From Patescibacteria group bacterium (GTDB taxonomy: Bacteria > Patescibacteriota > Minisyncoccia > Phycocordibacterales > SIBU01), in NCBI GenBank assembly GCA_040390045.1, contig JAZJZC010000001.1:36345-100344 (forward strand): a stretch of DNA of 64,000 nt, given 5' to 3'. Under the pieces are notes generated by a model. It ran no database searches, was not told the DNA's origin, and saw only the letters and a list, made by a program, of their open reading frames with translations. Position numbers and translations under genes: made by a program. This document shows positions 19,411-28,815 of the stretch, in pieces (positions within the stretch are counted from its first letter, which is position 1; each line of letters starts with the position of its first letter).

Positions 19411-19483
19411 TGGACCCAAGCGGGCTCGAACCGCTTACCTCCTCATTGCAAATGAGGCGCTCTACCAGATGAGCTATGGGCCC
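19411..19483 (-). tRNA. tRNA-Ala(TGC)
   Basis: Cloverleaf, G3:U70, anticodon TGC, GGTTCGA. Confidence 0.95.
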
Positions 19484-19529
19484 AATTTAAACAAAAGTAC
19501 AAATTCGACTAAAACCTAACTCCAAGATA

Positions 19530-20486
19530 TTACCCTCTACGCGAGCTAAGCGCAAGTTTGATTGAATGGTCAAGAAAACCCTCGAGAGAGAGCCCTACGG
19601 AATCTATTGATTTCCCAAATGCTGAATCGGGCGATAGGCTTGGCAAAGTATCTACACCCAAAAAATAAATTCCACGAGTTGGAGATACGACAAAGTGCGA
19701 CTGTGAGTAATGCCGGAGACCTAGTACCTCGTGAATTTTTTTTGCCATATCCTTAATTTTCATTTTTTCAATTTCAGAAAATCGACCGGGGCTAAAAATG
19801 TTTTCTACACTTCGATCGGTATCTTTACTAAAAACTAACTCCGCGGGCAACAAAGAATACAAAGCGTCCCCACGATACTGTTCCAGTATTCCGCATGCCG
19901 CTTCCCTACCAGCAACAGATTCTTCGATAATAATTTCTGGAGAAAATTCGAAAGCTTTAGAAAGCGCAGACTTCAAATCGGAAAAAATTCTTACGATAGA
20001 AACTCCGGCTGTGTTTGACACTGCAGGTCGTATCAGCGATGGATTGGTAATACTTTTCCAGATATCGAGAAGACTCATCGTATCAATGATCTCTTTTTTA
20101 AAAATCTTATACACCGGCATTCGGATTCCCTGACTCTTTAAAATATTTTTTTCATGACCTTGGTGGTTTGAAAATAATGCGGCGAGATGACCAGAGCCAG
20201 TATACGGAATATTAAAAATATCGAGGGCTCGTTGTAACTTCAAATCTTCTCCTGACTCACCATGGGTTGCGTTGAAAATAACATCGATTTTTTTGAAAGC
20301 ATTTACTGGATCTATTGCCACACCATGAATATGCCAAACCCCGGCCTGATCAATAAAAACATCAACAGGAGCGTAATTTTCAGGCAAACTCTTTAAAACC
20401 TGTGAGCCGGTTTTTAACGAATGGTGGTGTCTCTTGGATTTACCTCCGCGAACAACCCCAACTCGGATTTTTGATCGAGATGCCAT
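19530..20486 (-). CDS. D-Ala-D-Ala ligase-like ATP-grasp protein, degenerate active site
   Basis: Overall Ddl layout (RGG.S, HGESGED, IPYTGS) but several catalytic motifs altered. Confidence 0.75.
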   Translation of the reverse strand: MASRSKIRVGVVRGGKSKRHHHSLKTGSQVLKSLPENYAPVDVFIDQAGVWHIHGVAIDPVNAFKKIDVIFNATHGESGEDLKLQRALDIFNIPYTGSGHLAALFSNHQGHEKNILKSQGIRMPVYKIFKKEIIDTMSLLDIWKSITNPSLIRPAVSNTAGVSIVRIFSDLKSALSKAFEFSPEIIIEESVAGREAACGILEQYRGDALYSLLPAELVFSKDTDRSVENIFSPGRFSEIEKMKIKDMAKKIHEVLGLRHYSQSHFVVSPTRGIYFLGVDTLPSLSPDSAFGKSIDSVGLSLEGFLDHSIKLALSSRRG

Positions 20487-20507
20487 TGCTAAATTATATC
20501 ACGCATA

Positions 20508-20579
20508 CATGGAGCACGTAACATGCCCGCCCGAACGGAACGAGTCCGCTCGGTACGGGCGGGGAACATGAAGCATGGG
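20508..20579. repeat. CCCGCCCG...CGGGCGGG hairpin nested in GGAACAT heptads; inverted copy at 33462-33534
   Basis: aacatgcccgcccgaacg..gagtccgctcggtacgggcggggaaca is nearly identical in both copies. Confidence 0.85.
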
Positions 20580-20597
20580 GAAAAAACAGTTAAATCT

Positions 20598-21809
20598 TTA
20601 CTTCCAAGAACTTGTTCTTCGTTTACGATGAAAAGCTAGGGTAAATCGGTGAGCTTCAGCATTCGCAAGCAAAATAGATTTTTCGTGAGCTTTTATCAAA
20701 ACAGGATCCCCAAGTATTTTTTCCGGACGATGTTTTTCATTTTTAGTGACCGCTACAACATCCTTCGACAAATTTCGGGTTCGTAACACACCTTCTATAA
20801 CTGATTTCTGCGCCACACCTCCGTCTGCCACAAAAAGAGTCGGCAACGGCCACTCGGGATGATTCAACCGTCTTTCCAAAACTTCTTTCAAACTGGCCAC
20901 ATCATTATTGCCAAACCCGCCGCGGATTTTAAATTTTCGATAATCCTGCTTTTTCGGCTCACCATTTTCAACCACCACCATAACGCCGACAACATCCGTT
21001 CCAGAAATATGTGCCACGTCGTACGCTTCAATTCTCACGAAACTTTGTGTATCGAGATTTTTTGAGGAAGTTTTTATTAAACTGACATCCTGGATATGTC
21101 TTAGTGCAAAAACCGTTTTCTTAATTTCGTGGGCGTGTTCAAACTGTAATTTCTTGGCGGCCAAAGCCATCTCTCTCTCGAGTTTTTTTAATATCTGATT
21201 TTTCTTCCCCGTAAAAAATAACTTAATGTTAGTAATGATTTTTCCATAATCAGCTTTGGAAATTTCTCCCGTACAAACCCCGGGGCACAAACCAATTTGC
21301 CTGTTAAAACATGGACGTCCCTGATTGGGAAAACATTTTGCATCGCGAAACGTAAAAATCCTACGGACAATCTTTAGGGCATCTCGCAACTGTCCCCCAC
21401 TCGGAAAAGGACCGTACCAAACCGAAACTGACGCGGGGTCAATATCCTTTTTTCGAACTACAAGAATCTGTGGAAAATCTTCCTTTGTAACTACTACACA
21501 ATTAAAACTTTTATCATCCTTCTCCCTGGTGTTGTAATACGGTTGAAATTTTTTGATTAGGTCAGCTTCAAGAATAATCGCTTCGAGCACTGAATCAGTC
21601 TTTTTGAAATCAAGCTGGGAGGCTTTCGAAACCATTTCAATAATCTGCGGACCTCGAGTGTCAAACAAATCAGCGCTGAAATAGCTTCTTACTCGTTCCT
21701 TGAGAGATGTCGCTCGCCCAATGTAGAGAATTTTCCGATTTTTACCCAGGAAAAAATAAACACCCGGGGTGTCTGGTAAATTTTTTTTCTGGTAGTGTTG
21801 ACGGAGCAT
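20598..21809 (-). CDS. uvrC: Excinuclease ABC subunit C (short form, no C-terminal HhH)
   Basis: GIY-YIG (PGVY..LYIG), Cys cluster, UVR domain, RIEAYDVAH, ADGG. Confidence 0.85.
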   Translation of the reverse strand: MLRQHYQKKNLPDTPGVYFFLGKNRKILYIGRATSLKERVRSYFSADLFDTRGPQIIEMVSKASQLDFKKTDSVLEAIILEADLIKKFQPYYNTREKDDKSFNCVVVTKEDFPQILVVRKKDIDPASVSVWYGPFPSGGQLRDALKIVRRIFTFRDAKCFPNQGRPCFNRQIGLCPGVCTGEISKADYGKIITNIKLFFTGKKNQILKKLEREMALAAKKLQFEHAHEIKKTVFALRHIQDVSLIKTSSKNLDTQSFVRIEAYDVAHISGTDVVGVMVVVENGEPKKQDYRKFKIRGGFGNNDVASLKEVLERRLNHPEWPLPTLFVADGGVAQKSVIEGVLRTRNLSKDVVAVTKNEKHRPEKILGDPVLIKAHEKSILLANAEAHRFTLAFHRKRRTSSWK

Positions 21810-21851
21810 GCTATGAATGCTATATTATTTTTCAGATATCGGCAAATTTTT

Positions 21852-22169
21852 ATGAATCCAACCGTCGCAGACGTGGTCCGCTTCATTGCAGAAAACGCAA
21901 TCCGATCCCAAATTGGGAACTGGAGGGACTTTTTCCACAAAACGCTCCTGCTATTTGATCAAATACATCTCGAAGCGAACCTCGACACCCGAACGGATCT
22001 ACCACATGAATTGGTCATTGGGGAAGTCTCTGCAAGAATGTTTGAGAACATGAAAAGCTTTGCAGCAGGGCAAAGATGTCGTGAAATTTTTGACTTCTCT
22101 CTCCTTGGTGGCAGTTCTCGCATCCACCCAAGTCTTTCGGGTCCTTATCGGTCAAGACATGCCAGCTAA
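21852..22169 (+). CDS. Hypothetical protein (ORFan) between uvrC and uvrA
   Basis: 105-aa ORF filling the gap on the opposite strand. Confidence 0.5.
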   Translation: MNPTVADVVRFIAENAIRSQIGNWRDFFHKTLLLFDQIHLEANLDTRTDLPHELVIGEVSARMFENMKSFAAGQRCREIFDFSLLGGSSRIHPSLSGPYRSRHAS

Positions 22170-22199
22170 CTCAGCTGGCATTTTTAATTTCCAAAATAA

Positions 22200-24794
22200 T
22201 TACAGAATCTTCTTTAGATACTCTCCGGTGAACGACCCTTTGGTTCTCGCCACTTCTTCCGGTGTGCCTTTGGCAATAATTTTTCCTCCTCCCTCTCCGC
22301 CGAGTGGCCCACAATCAATCAGATAATCGGCGCACTTAACAACATCGAGGTTATGCTCAATCACAATTACAGTATTGCCGTGATCTACCAGTTTTTGCAA
22401 AATTTCCACGAGCTTCCTGACGTCTTCATAATGAAGTCCCACCGTTGGCTCATCCAAAATATAAATAGTTTTCTCAACGTGTTGTCGGTAGAGCTCGGAA
22501 GAAATTTTGACACGCTGAGCCTCGCCGCCCGAAAGCGTTGTAGCTGACTGGCCAAGTTCCAAGTATCCGAGCCCGACCTCTTCAAGTGATTTAAGTCGAT
22601 CATAGATGGCCGGAATATCTTCGAAAAATTTCAAAGCCTGTTCGATGTTCATGCCGAGCACCTGATAAATATTTTTTTTCTTGTAAGTCACCTCGAGTGT
22701 TTCCTTCATGAAGCGTTTACCTTCGCACACTTCGCAGGGCACATACACCGTGGGTAAAAAGTGCATTTCGACAGCGATTTCTCCGTTACCTTGGCAAGCC
22801 TCACATCGTCCCCCCTTCACGTTGAAGGAAAAACGATTGGCCTTCCAGCCTCGCACCTTTGCTTCGGGTGATTCCGCAAACAGTTCGCGAATAAACGTAA
22901 ACGCGCCTGTATAGGTTGCTGGATTTGATCGCGGTGTACGGCCAATGGGACTTTGGTCGATCAAAATTGTGCGAGAAAGATATTCTGTACCAGTAAAACT
23001 CGAGCAATTAAAAATTTCGGCGGTTCGATAGCGTCGTTCGAGCCTCGCTTGTAAATTTTTAAACAAAATTTCGTAGACAAAGGAAGATTTTCCAGAACCA
23101 GAAACTCCAGTCACCGCTACAAGTCGGCCAAGTGGAATGTCGGCGTTGAGACCTTTAATGTTAAAAATATTGCCATTGCGAATACGCAAAGTTCCGGCTT
23201 CGTTATCACGCCTTTTTTCAGGAACAGGAATTTTTTTATCTCCACGCAAATAATCCAAGGTTAAAGATTTCGAATCGTTTTTCTTAGCGCCAAGCAAGTC
23301 TTCAATGTAACCGGAAACAACAACTTTTCCACCGTGAACGCCAGCGCCCGGGCCAATATCTATTAAATAGTCAGACGAAAGAATAGTTTCTTCGTCGTGT
23401 TCAACAACAAGAATAGTATTCCCGATATCGCGCAGGTGAAGCAAAGTTTTAATAAGTTTGTCGTTATCCTTTGAGTGAAGTCCAATGGTTGGTTCATCCA
23501 AAACATACAAAGCACCAACCAAACCAGAACCGAGCTGTGAGGCCAGTCTGATACGTTGCGCTTCACCACCCGAAAGCGTATGTGCACGACGATCAAGCGA
23601 CATGTATTCGATCCCAACATTGATCATGAAATCCAAGCGTGACTCGATTTCTTTCAACAGCACTTTGGCGATTTCCTTATCTTTCGCTGAGAGTTTTAAT
23701 TTTTCAAAAAATTCTCGGGCGTTTTTGATGGAGAGTGCTACAAGTTCAACGATATTGAGGCCACCATTTTTATGAGAACCACCGAAATAGACATGGAGTG
23801 CTTCTTCACGTAATCTCGCCCCATTACATTTCGGACAAACTTCATCGCCAAAAAAATGTCGCGTACCCAAACCGTTACATTCAGGACAGGCTCCGTATGG
23901 TGAATTAAAAGAGAAAAGGCGAGGTTCAATTTCTGGATAGGAAAAACCATCGTACGGACACATAAATTTAGCAGAAATCAATCTCTCCTCTGTTGGAGTT
24001 TGAATTTTAAGTAAGCCTTTAGATTCTTGTAACGCTCGTTCAACTGACTCGCTCAATCTTTCAGGGACGCCATTTTTCTTATCGGTGAGTTCAGTAACAA
24101 AAAACTCATCGACTAACACATCGATGTCGTGTTTTTTATTTTTTGAAATAATTATTTGTTCGCGCAGTTTCTTAATTTCGCCGTCAACTTTTACCGTGCT
24201 GTAGCCTTTGCCTAGTAAATCGTACAACAGCTGGTAGTACTCGCCTTTTCGGCCTACCACGAGCGGAGCAAAAATTTTCACCTTCAGAGTGTTTATTGGA
24301 ACACCCATAACAACTTTTTCGGAACCTTTGCTGTTTAAATCTCTCACGGTGTCCAAAATAGTTTCAATAATTTCTTCGTGAGAAAGTTTTTTGATTGGTC
24401 GATCACACAAAAGACAGTGCGGCACGCCGGTGCGAGCAAATAGAATTCTTAAATAGTCGTAAATTTCAGTAATGGTCGCCACGGTTGAACGCGGATTGTT
24501 TGACCGAGATTTTTGATCAATGGAAATAGCTGGCGAAAGTCCCTGGATCTCATCGACATCAGGCTTTTGCATTTGGCGCAAAAATTGGCGGGCGTAAGAG
24601 GAAAGAGATTCAACGTATCGCCTTTGACCTTCGGCAAAAATGGTATCAAACGCCAAGGATGATTTTCCTGAGCCTGAAAGACCGGTAAAAACCACCATCT
24701 TATTACGAGGCATTTCAACCGTAATGTTTTTGAGGTTGTGCGTCCGCGCTCCTTTTACAATTATTTTTTCTAATTCGCTGGAGTTTTTATTCAT
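22200..24794 (-). CDS. uvrA: Excinuclease ABC subunit A
   Basis: Two ABC ATPase sites ([18 protein letters not shown]), zinc fingers, LSGGEAQR twice. Confidence 0.97.
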   Translation of the reverse strand: MNKNSSELEKIIVKGARTHNLKNITVEMPRNKMVVFTGLSGSGKSSLAFDTIFAEGQRRYVESLSSYARQFLRQMQKPDVDEIQGLSPAISIDQKSRSNNPRSTVATITEIYDYLRILFARTGVPHCLLCDRPIKKLSHEEIIETILDTVRDLNSKGSEKVVMGVPINTLKVKIFAPLVVGRKGEYYQLLYDLLGKGYSTVKVDGEIKKLREQIIISKNKKHDIDVLVDEFFVTELTDKKNGVPERLSESVERALQESKGLLKIQTPTEERLISAKFMCPYDGFSYPEIEPRLFSFNSPYGACPECNGLGTRHFFGDEVCPKCNGARLREEALHVYFGGSHKNGGLNIVELVALSIKNAREFFEKLKLSAKDKEIAKVLLKEIESRLDFMINVGIEYMSLDRRAHTLSGGEAQRIRLASQLGSGLVGALYVLDEPTIGLHSKDNDKLIKTLLHLRDIGNTILVVEHDEETILSSDYLIDIGPGAGVHGGKVVVSGYIEDLLGAKKNDSKSLTLDYLRGDKKIPVPEKRRDNEAGTLRIRNGNIFNIKGLNADIPLGRLVAVTGVSGSGKSSFVYEILFKNLQARLERRYRTAEIFNCSSFTGTEYLSRTILIDQSPIGRTPRSNPATYTGAFTFIRELFAESPEAKVRGWKANRFSFNVKGGRCEACQGNGEIAVEMHFLPTVYVPCEVCEGKRFMKETLEVTYKKKNIYQVLGMNIEQALKFFEDIPAIYDRLKSLEEVGLGYLELGQSATTLSGGEAQRVKISSELYRQHVEKTIYILDEPTVGLHYEDVRKLVEILQKLVDHGNTVIVIEHNLDVVKCADYLIDCGPLGGEGGGKIIAKGTPEEVARTKGSFTGEYLKKIL

Positions 24795-24888
24795 ATGTTT
24801 TTACGAATACAGACCCCACGGCAGGCCGTAGGGTGAGTGACTAAATTACTATACCAGAAAAGTTTGGAAAAAAGAAATGGGGGGCAAT

Positions 24889-25659
24889 TTACAAAGCGAG
24901 TTGGATTTTTTTGCCCTTCAAAAAATACGTAGCGATTACACCAATCAGAAAGACAATAGCATACACAGGGTAAATTCCAATGTAACTTTCGATAGGCAGC
25001 AACGTACAACTTGCGAACAGAAGTAAAATCGCAGCTTTGTAATATTTTTTAAAATTTTCATCGAGCGCAAGATACACCCCAATTAAAGTAAAAACTGACG
25101 CTGACATCCCCATGATTGGTTCAGTGCTCGTGGGAGAAAGAAAATAATATAATAACGAACCACCAATACCAGCGAAAATATAGATGAGAAATAAACGTAG
25201 ACCTCCAAATTTCTTTTCAATGAATGCCCCTACCAAGAAAAAACAAATGAGATTAAAAAGTAAGCGTAAGAAGTTTCTTTCTAAAAAGAGTGCGGTAATA
25301 AAGGGAAAGATTGTGCCCTTCTCCTTAAACAGAGCGGGTGTAAAACCAAGATTTAAATAAAATCTATCTTCTTTGGAGTGACAGCGGTTAATGACATCAC
25401 TTGAAAACAAACATGTGTCATCAACAATCCTCACATTGTGGCAGAAAAAAGTGCTGTCTGGGGCGCACACTTTCCCTAAAAAATAAGGAACATAAGACAC
25501 GCATTGTGGAAATTCGTCATCAAGACATTGGTTAAAATCTACAGGTTTGGCTGCTCTATCAAGAGGTTGATACTGCGTAAGAGCGAAAGAAGCGATCATA
25601 ACTAAGCTAATAGCTATGGTCGCTTTGGGAACTGGATTTATTTTAAAATCTATACTCAT
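24889..25659 (-). CDS. Rhomboid-like membrane protein, probably inactive, with Cys-rich loop
   Basis: EKKFGGLR.FLIY..AGIGG and GMSA present; no His in the last TM. Confidence 0.7.
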   Translation of the reverse strand: MSIDFKINPVPKATIAISLVMIASFALTQYQPLDRAAKPVDFNQCLDDEFPQCVSYVPYFLGKVCAPDSTFFCHNVRIVDDTCLFSSDVINRCHSKEDRFYLNLGFTPALFKEKGTIFPFITALFLERNFLRLLFNLICFFLVGAFIEKKFGGLRLFLIYIFAGIGGSLLYYFLSPTSTEPIMGMSASVFTLIGVYLALDENFKKYYKAAILLLFASCTLLPIESYIGIYPVYAIVFLIGVIATYFLKGKKIQLAL

Positions 25660-25712
25660 TTTTCAGAAACGCACACTAGCAATAATACTAATTTCAATGA
25701 TAATTCTACCAC

Positions 25713-25751
25713 AAAGCCGCCGCGCCGAGTCGGAGAGGCGCGGCGGCTTTT
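25713..25751. terminator. GC-rich terminator-like hairpin after uvrB
   Basis: aaagccgccgcgcc...ggcgcggcggcttt. Confidence 0.7.
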
Positions 25752-25757
25752 CTTAAA

Positions 25758-27878
25758 CTATTTTTTATTTTTTCTATTCATTTTCGGAAGTGCCTTTGCA
25801 GAAATCTCTTTTTTAAATTCCGGTTCCGGTTTTCCCTCAAGCGCAATCAACCTCTGAAGTTCGGCAATCTCATCTCGAAGCAGCGCTGCGGTTTCAAAGT
25901 CCAAAATTTTTACTGCCGAATTCATCTGACGATCTTTTTCTTTTATGAGTTTCTCACGATTTTTTGGGGCCACGGCCATATCCATCGCCACCAACATCCG
26001 AACCGTTTTCTTATGCAAATCAAGTTCTTCCGTAATGTCGTGAATTTTTTTGGTAATAGTCTTTGGAGTAATGCCGTGCTTGGTGTTGTACGCAACCTGA
26101 AGAGTACGACGGCGATTAGTTTCTCCGATGGCTCGCTCCATAGAACCGGTCAGCCGATCCGCGTACAAAATCACTCGCCCTCTGATATTTCGAGCGGCGC
26201 GACCGATAGTTTGAATGAGCGCGGTTTCGGATCGCAAAAATCCCTCCTTGTCCGCATCAAGAATTCCAATGAAAGCCAGCTCAGGCAAGTCCAGTCCTTC
26301 ACGCAGGAGGTTAATACCAACTAAACAATCAAATTCACCTTTTCTAAACCGAGTCAAAATTTCTATTCGTTCAATGGTTTTAATATCACTATGAAGATAC
26401 TCCGACTTAATTCCCTTCTCCTTCAAAAACACACTCAAATCCTCCGCCATTTTTTTGGTCAGCGTGGTCGCAATGACTCGTTCACCGCTTTTGATTACTT
26501 TTTCCGCTTCAGCAATAAAATCGTAGATCTGACCCTTGTAATTGGCTTTCTCAAGAATTGGTCGAATAATAATTTCAGGATCAATAAGTCCCGTGGGTCG
26601 AATAACTTGCTCGACTACCTGACCAAGTTTTTCCGAACCGTTAGTCAAATTACTTTTTTCAATTTCATACTTGCCCGGAGTGGCCGACGTATACAAAACC
26701 TGCCCCACACGTTTTTCAAATTCCTCAAACTTCAGTGGACGATTGTCTCGCGCGCTTGGTAATCTAAAACCATGCTCCACCAAAGTATCCTTGCGAGATT
26801 TGTCTCCCGCGTACATTCCACCAATTTGTGACACCGTAATATGTGACTCGTCGATAATCGTCAAAAAATCTGCCGTGCCGTCGGGTTTTTTAGGAAAATA
26901 TGAAAGTAAGGTATCGGGCGCTTCACCCGGGAGTTTGCCAGAAAAATGTCTTGAATAATTTTCGATTCCGTTGCAATACCCGACTTCTTTAATCATGGCT
27001 AAATCATACTTCGTTCGACGTTTGATTCTCTCGGCTTCCAAAAGTTTTTTCTCTTTTTCGAATTTTTTCAACTGATCCTTGAGCTCGCTCTGAATGGTCT
27101 GTATGGCCTTAGCGCGATCTTCTTCAGCAGAAATAAAGTGTTTGGCTGGAAAAATAAAAACCGATTCGGGCTCACTGCGAATCTGCCGAGTGGTTGCATC
27201 TACCTCAACAATTCGAGCAATAATTCCATCTTCAAATTCAATCCGGTAAATTACTCGTTCACTTACGGGCATTACCTCTACCACATCGCCAAGTGCGCGA
27301 AATTGTCCAGGAGAAAGATCAAGCGTCGTGCGTTCGTAATGAACTTTAATCAAGGCGCGCATCAAGTCACCTCGAACAAGCTCCTGACCTTTCGACAATT
27401 TCATATTCACTTTTTGATATTCTTCTGGTGAACCCAATCCGTAAATACAGGAAACCGAAGCCACAATAATGACATCTCGGCGGCTCAGGAGTGCTTGAGT
27501 TGAAGCGTGTCGCAGACGATCAATCTCCTCGTTGATCACCGCTTCTTTTTCAATATAGGTATCAGTCACCGGCATGTACGCTTCCGGCTGGTAGTAATCG
27601 TAATAAGAAACGAAATAGTGAACGGCGTTGTCGGGAAAAAATTCTCGATATTCTTGAGCAAGCTGGGCGGCGAGAGTTTTATTGTGAGCAATGACTAACG
27701 TAGGTTTTTGAACCGCCTGTATAACATTGGCGGCGGTAAAAGTTTTTCCAGAACCGGTCACACCAAGTAGCGTTTGGTGCTGATACCCTTTTTTCATGCC
27801 ATCTACTAATGCGGAAATAGCTTTTGGCTGATCGCCCGCAGGTTCAAATTGACTTTTTATTTTGAATCTGCCCTCCAT
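25758..27878 (-). CDS. uvrB: Excinuclease ABC subunit B
   Basis: GVTGSGKT, YYDYYQPEAY, DESH; start placed at MEGRFKIKS. Confidence 0.97.
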   Translation of the reverse strand: MEGRFKIKSQFEPAGDQPKAISALVDGMKKGYQHQTLLGVTGSGKTFTAANVIQAVQKPTLVIAHNKTLAAQLAQEYREFFPDNAVHYFVSYYDYYQPEAYMPVTDTYIEKEAVINEEIDRLRHASTQALLSRRDVIIVASVSCIYGLGSPEEYQKVNMKLSKGQELVRGDLMRALIKVHYERTTLDLSPGQFRALGDVVEVMPVSERVIYRIEFEDGIIARIVEVDATTRQIRSEPESVFIFPAKHFISAEEDRAKAIQTIQSELKDQLKKFEKEKKLLEAERIKRRTKYDLAMIKEVGYCNGIENYSRHFSGKLPGEAPDTLLSYFPKKPDGTADFLTIIDESHITVSQIGGMYAGDKSRKDTLVEHGFRLPSARDNRPLKFEEFEKRVGQVLYTSATPGKYEIEKSNLTNGSEKLGQVVEQVIRPTGLIDPEIIIRPILEKANYKGQIYDFIAEAEKVIKSGERVIATTLTKKMAEDLSVFLKEKGIKSEYLHSDIKTIERIEILTRFRKGEFDCLVGINLLREGLDLPELAFIGILDADKEGFLRSETALIQTIGRAARNIRGRVILYADRLTGSMERAIGETNRRRTLQVAYNTKHGITPKTITKKIHDITEELDLHKKTVRMLVAMDMAVAPKNREKLIKEKDRQMNSAVKILDFETAALLRDEIAELQRLIALEGKPEPEFKKEISAKALPKMNRKNKK

Positions 27879-27915
27879 GATCAACACTATATCGCGAGAG
27901 ACAAGTTTAGACAAT

Positions 27916-28084
27916 AAAGTTTGTCCTCGTCCTATCCCCGCCGCAAGCGGTTCCCTCGGAAGACCTCGGCGGGGTATTAGGCGAGGCAACGGGGCAAACT
28001 TTGTTGTAGAAGAGTCGGCTCCGCCGACGCTCAATTCTCGTTGCGGATTCCTCCCCGCCCCAGAGCGGGCGGGGTATTCTCCGC
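27916..28084. repeat. GC-rich multi-hairpin element upstream of uvrB
   Basis: Two CCCCGCC...GGCGGGGTATT hairpins plus gtcggctccgccgac. Confidence 0.65.
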
Positions 28085-28145
28085 AGTTACAATAAAAAAC
28101 CGCAGAAAATTTGTAAAATTTTCTGCGGTAACGAACTCCCACCCA

Positions 28146-28547
28146 TCAATCAGGTGACACTGAAGCGCCACAGATTTCACGAACCCTTGGGTCCGGTTCA
28201 CGCATGTGTTCCCAAAATGTACGAGGCGAAACCCACCCAAGAATGTAGTGGTACATAACCCGTTGCCGAATCGTTCCCACCCCGCCCCTTTTCCAGCCAA
28301 AATTTCCATGTACCTTCTGCGCAAAAAGATACGACCGGCGCGAGACAAACGCCTCACCATCTGCAATGTGAGGGCGAGAATTTCGTTCGTCTTTCGTTAC
28401 CAGCGCGACCCATCCGTGTCCTATGTAAAACACTTTTGCGTGTCCCCCCGACCAGCCGTTTGTCCCATGCTCCTCGCGCGCGGGCCGACTCGAACCAAAC
28501 TTCTTGGCAAGAACTGCGTGACCATTCGTCGATTGATGATCTGACAT
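28146..28547 (-). CDS. Hypothetical protein (ORFan) downstream of an attenuator
   Basis: 133-aa ORF from MSDHQS; terminator 28094-28129. Confidence 0.6.
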   Translation of the reverse strand: MSDHQSTNGHAVLAKKFGSSRPAREEHGTNGWSGGHAKVFYIGHGWVALVTKDERNSRPHIADGEAFVSRRSYLFAQKVHGNFGWKRGGVGTIRQRVMYHYILGWVSPRTFWEHMREPDPRVREICGASVSPD

Positions 28548-28605
28548 AACCAAAATTTCCAAAGTTCAAACTTCGTTTTTCGTCCTCAACACGGAAGTGG
28601 TAAGG

Positions 28606-28799
28606 TAAAAACGAAAGAGTCCCCTTTCGAGGACTCTTTTTTGTGATTTATGATTTGAGATTTTGGCTTTTCCTACATCACACAAAAGAGACCTCGAAGT
28701 TTTTCGAGATTTGACTTGGTGACGTCGACGCAGAATTGCCTATGTGACATATTTTTATTGTACACGAGCCTGTACGCTCGTCAAATGACCTGGGGATAA
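28606..28799 (-). promoter_or_regulatory. Leader-peptide attenuator (promoter, uORF, antiterminator/terminator)
   Basis: TTGACG-N16-TACAAT-N6-ATG; TCGAGGTCTCTTTTGTGTGAT pairs with ATCACAAAAAAGAGTCCTCGA; terminator 28606-28644. Confidence 0.75.
28673..28750 (-). CDS. Putative leader peptide MSHRQFCVDVTKSNLEKLRGLFCVM
   Basis: 25 aa, starts at the predicted +1, overlaps the antiterminator strand. Confidence 0.65.
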   Translation of the reverse strand: MSHRQFCVDVTKSNLEKLRGLFCVM

Positions 28800-28815
28800 C
28801 CAAAGTGGTCTGAAA

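Noticed and set aside
27879-28142. 88-aa N-terminal extension of UvrB in the ORF track
   Set aside because: Read-through of GC-rich hairpins and a terminator; UvrB similarity begins at MEGRFKIKS
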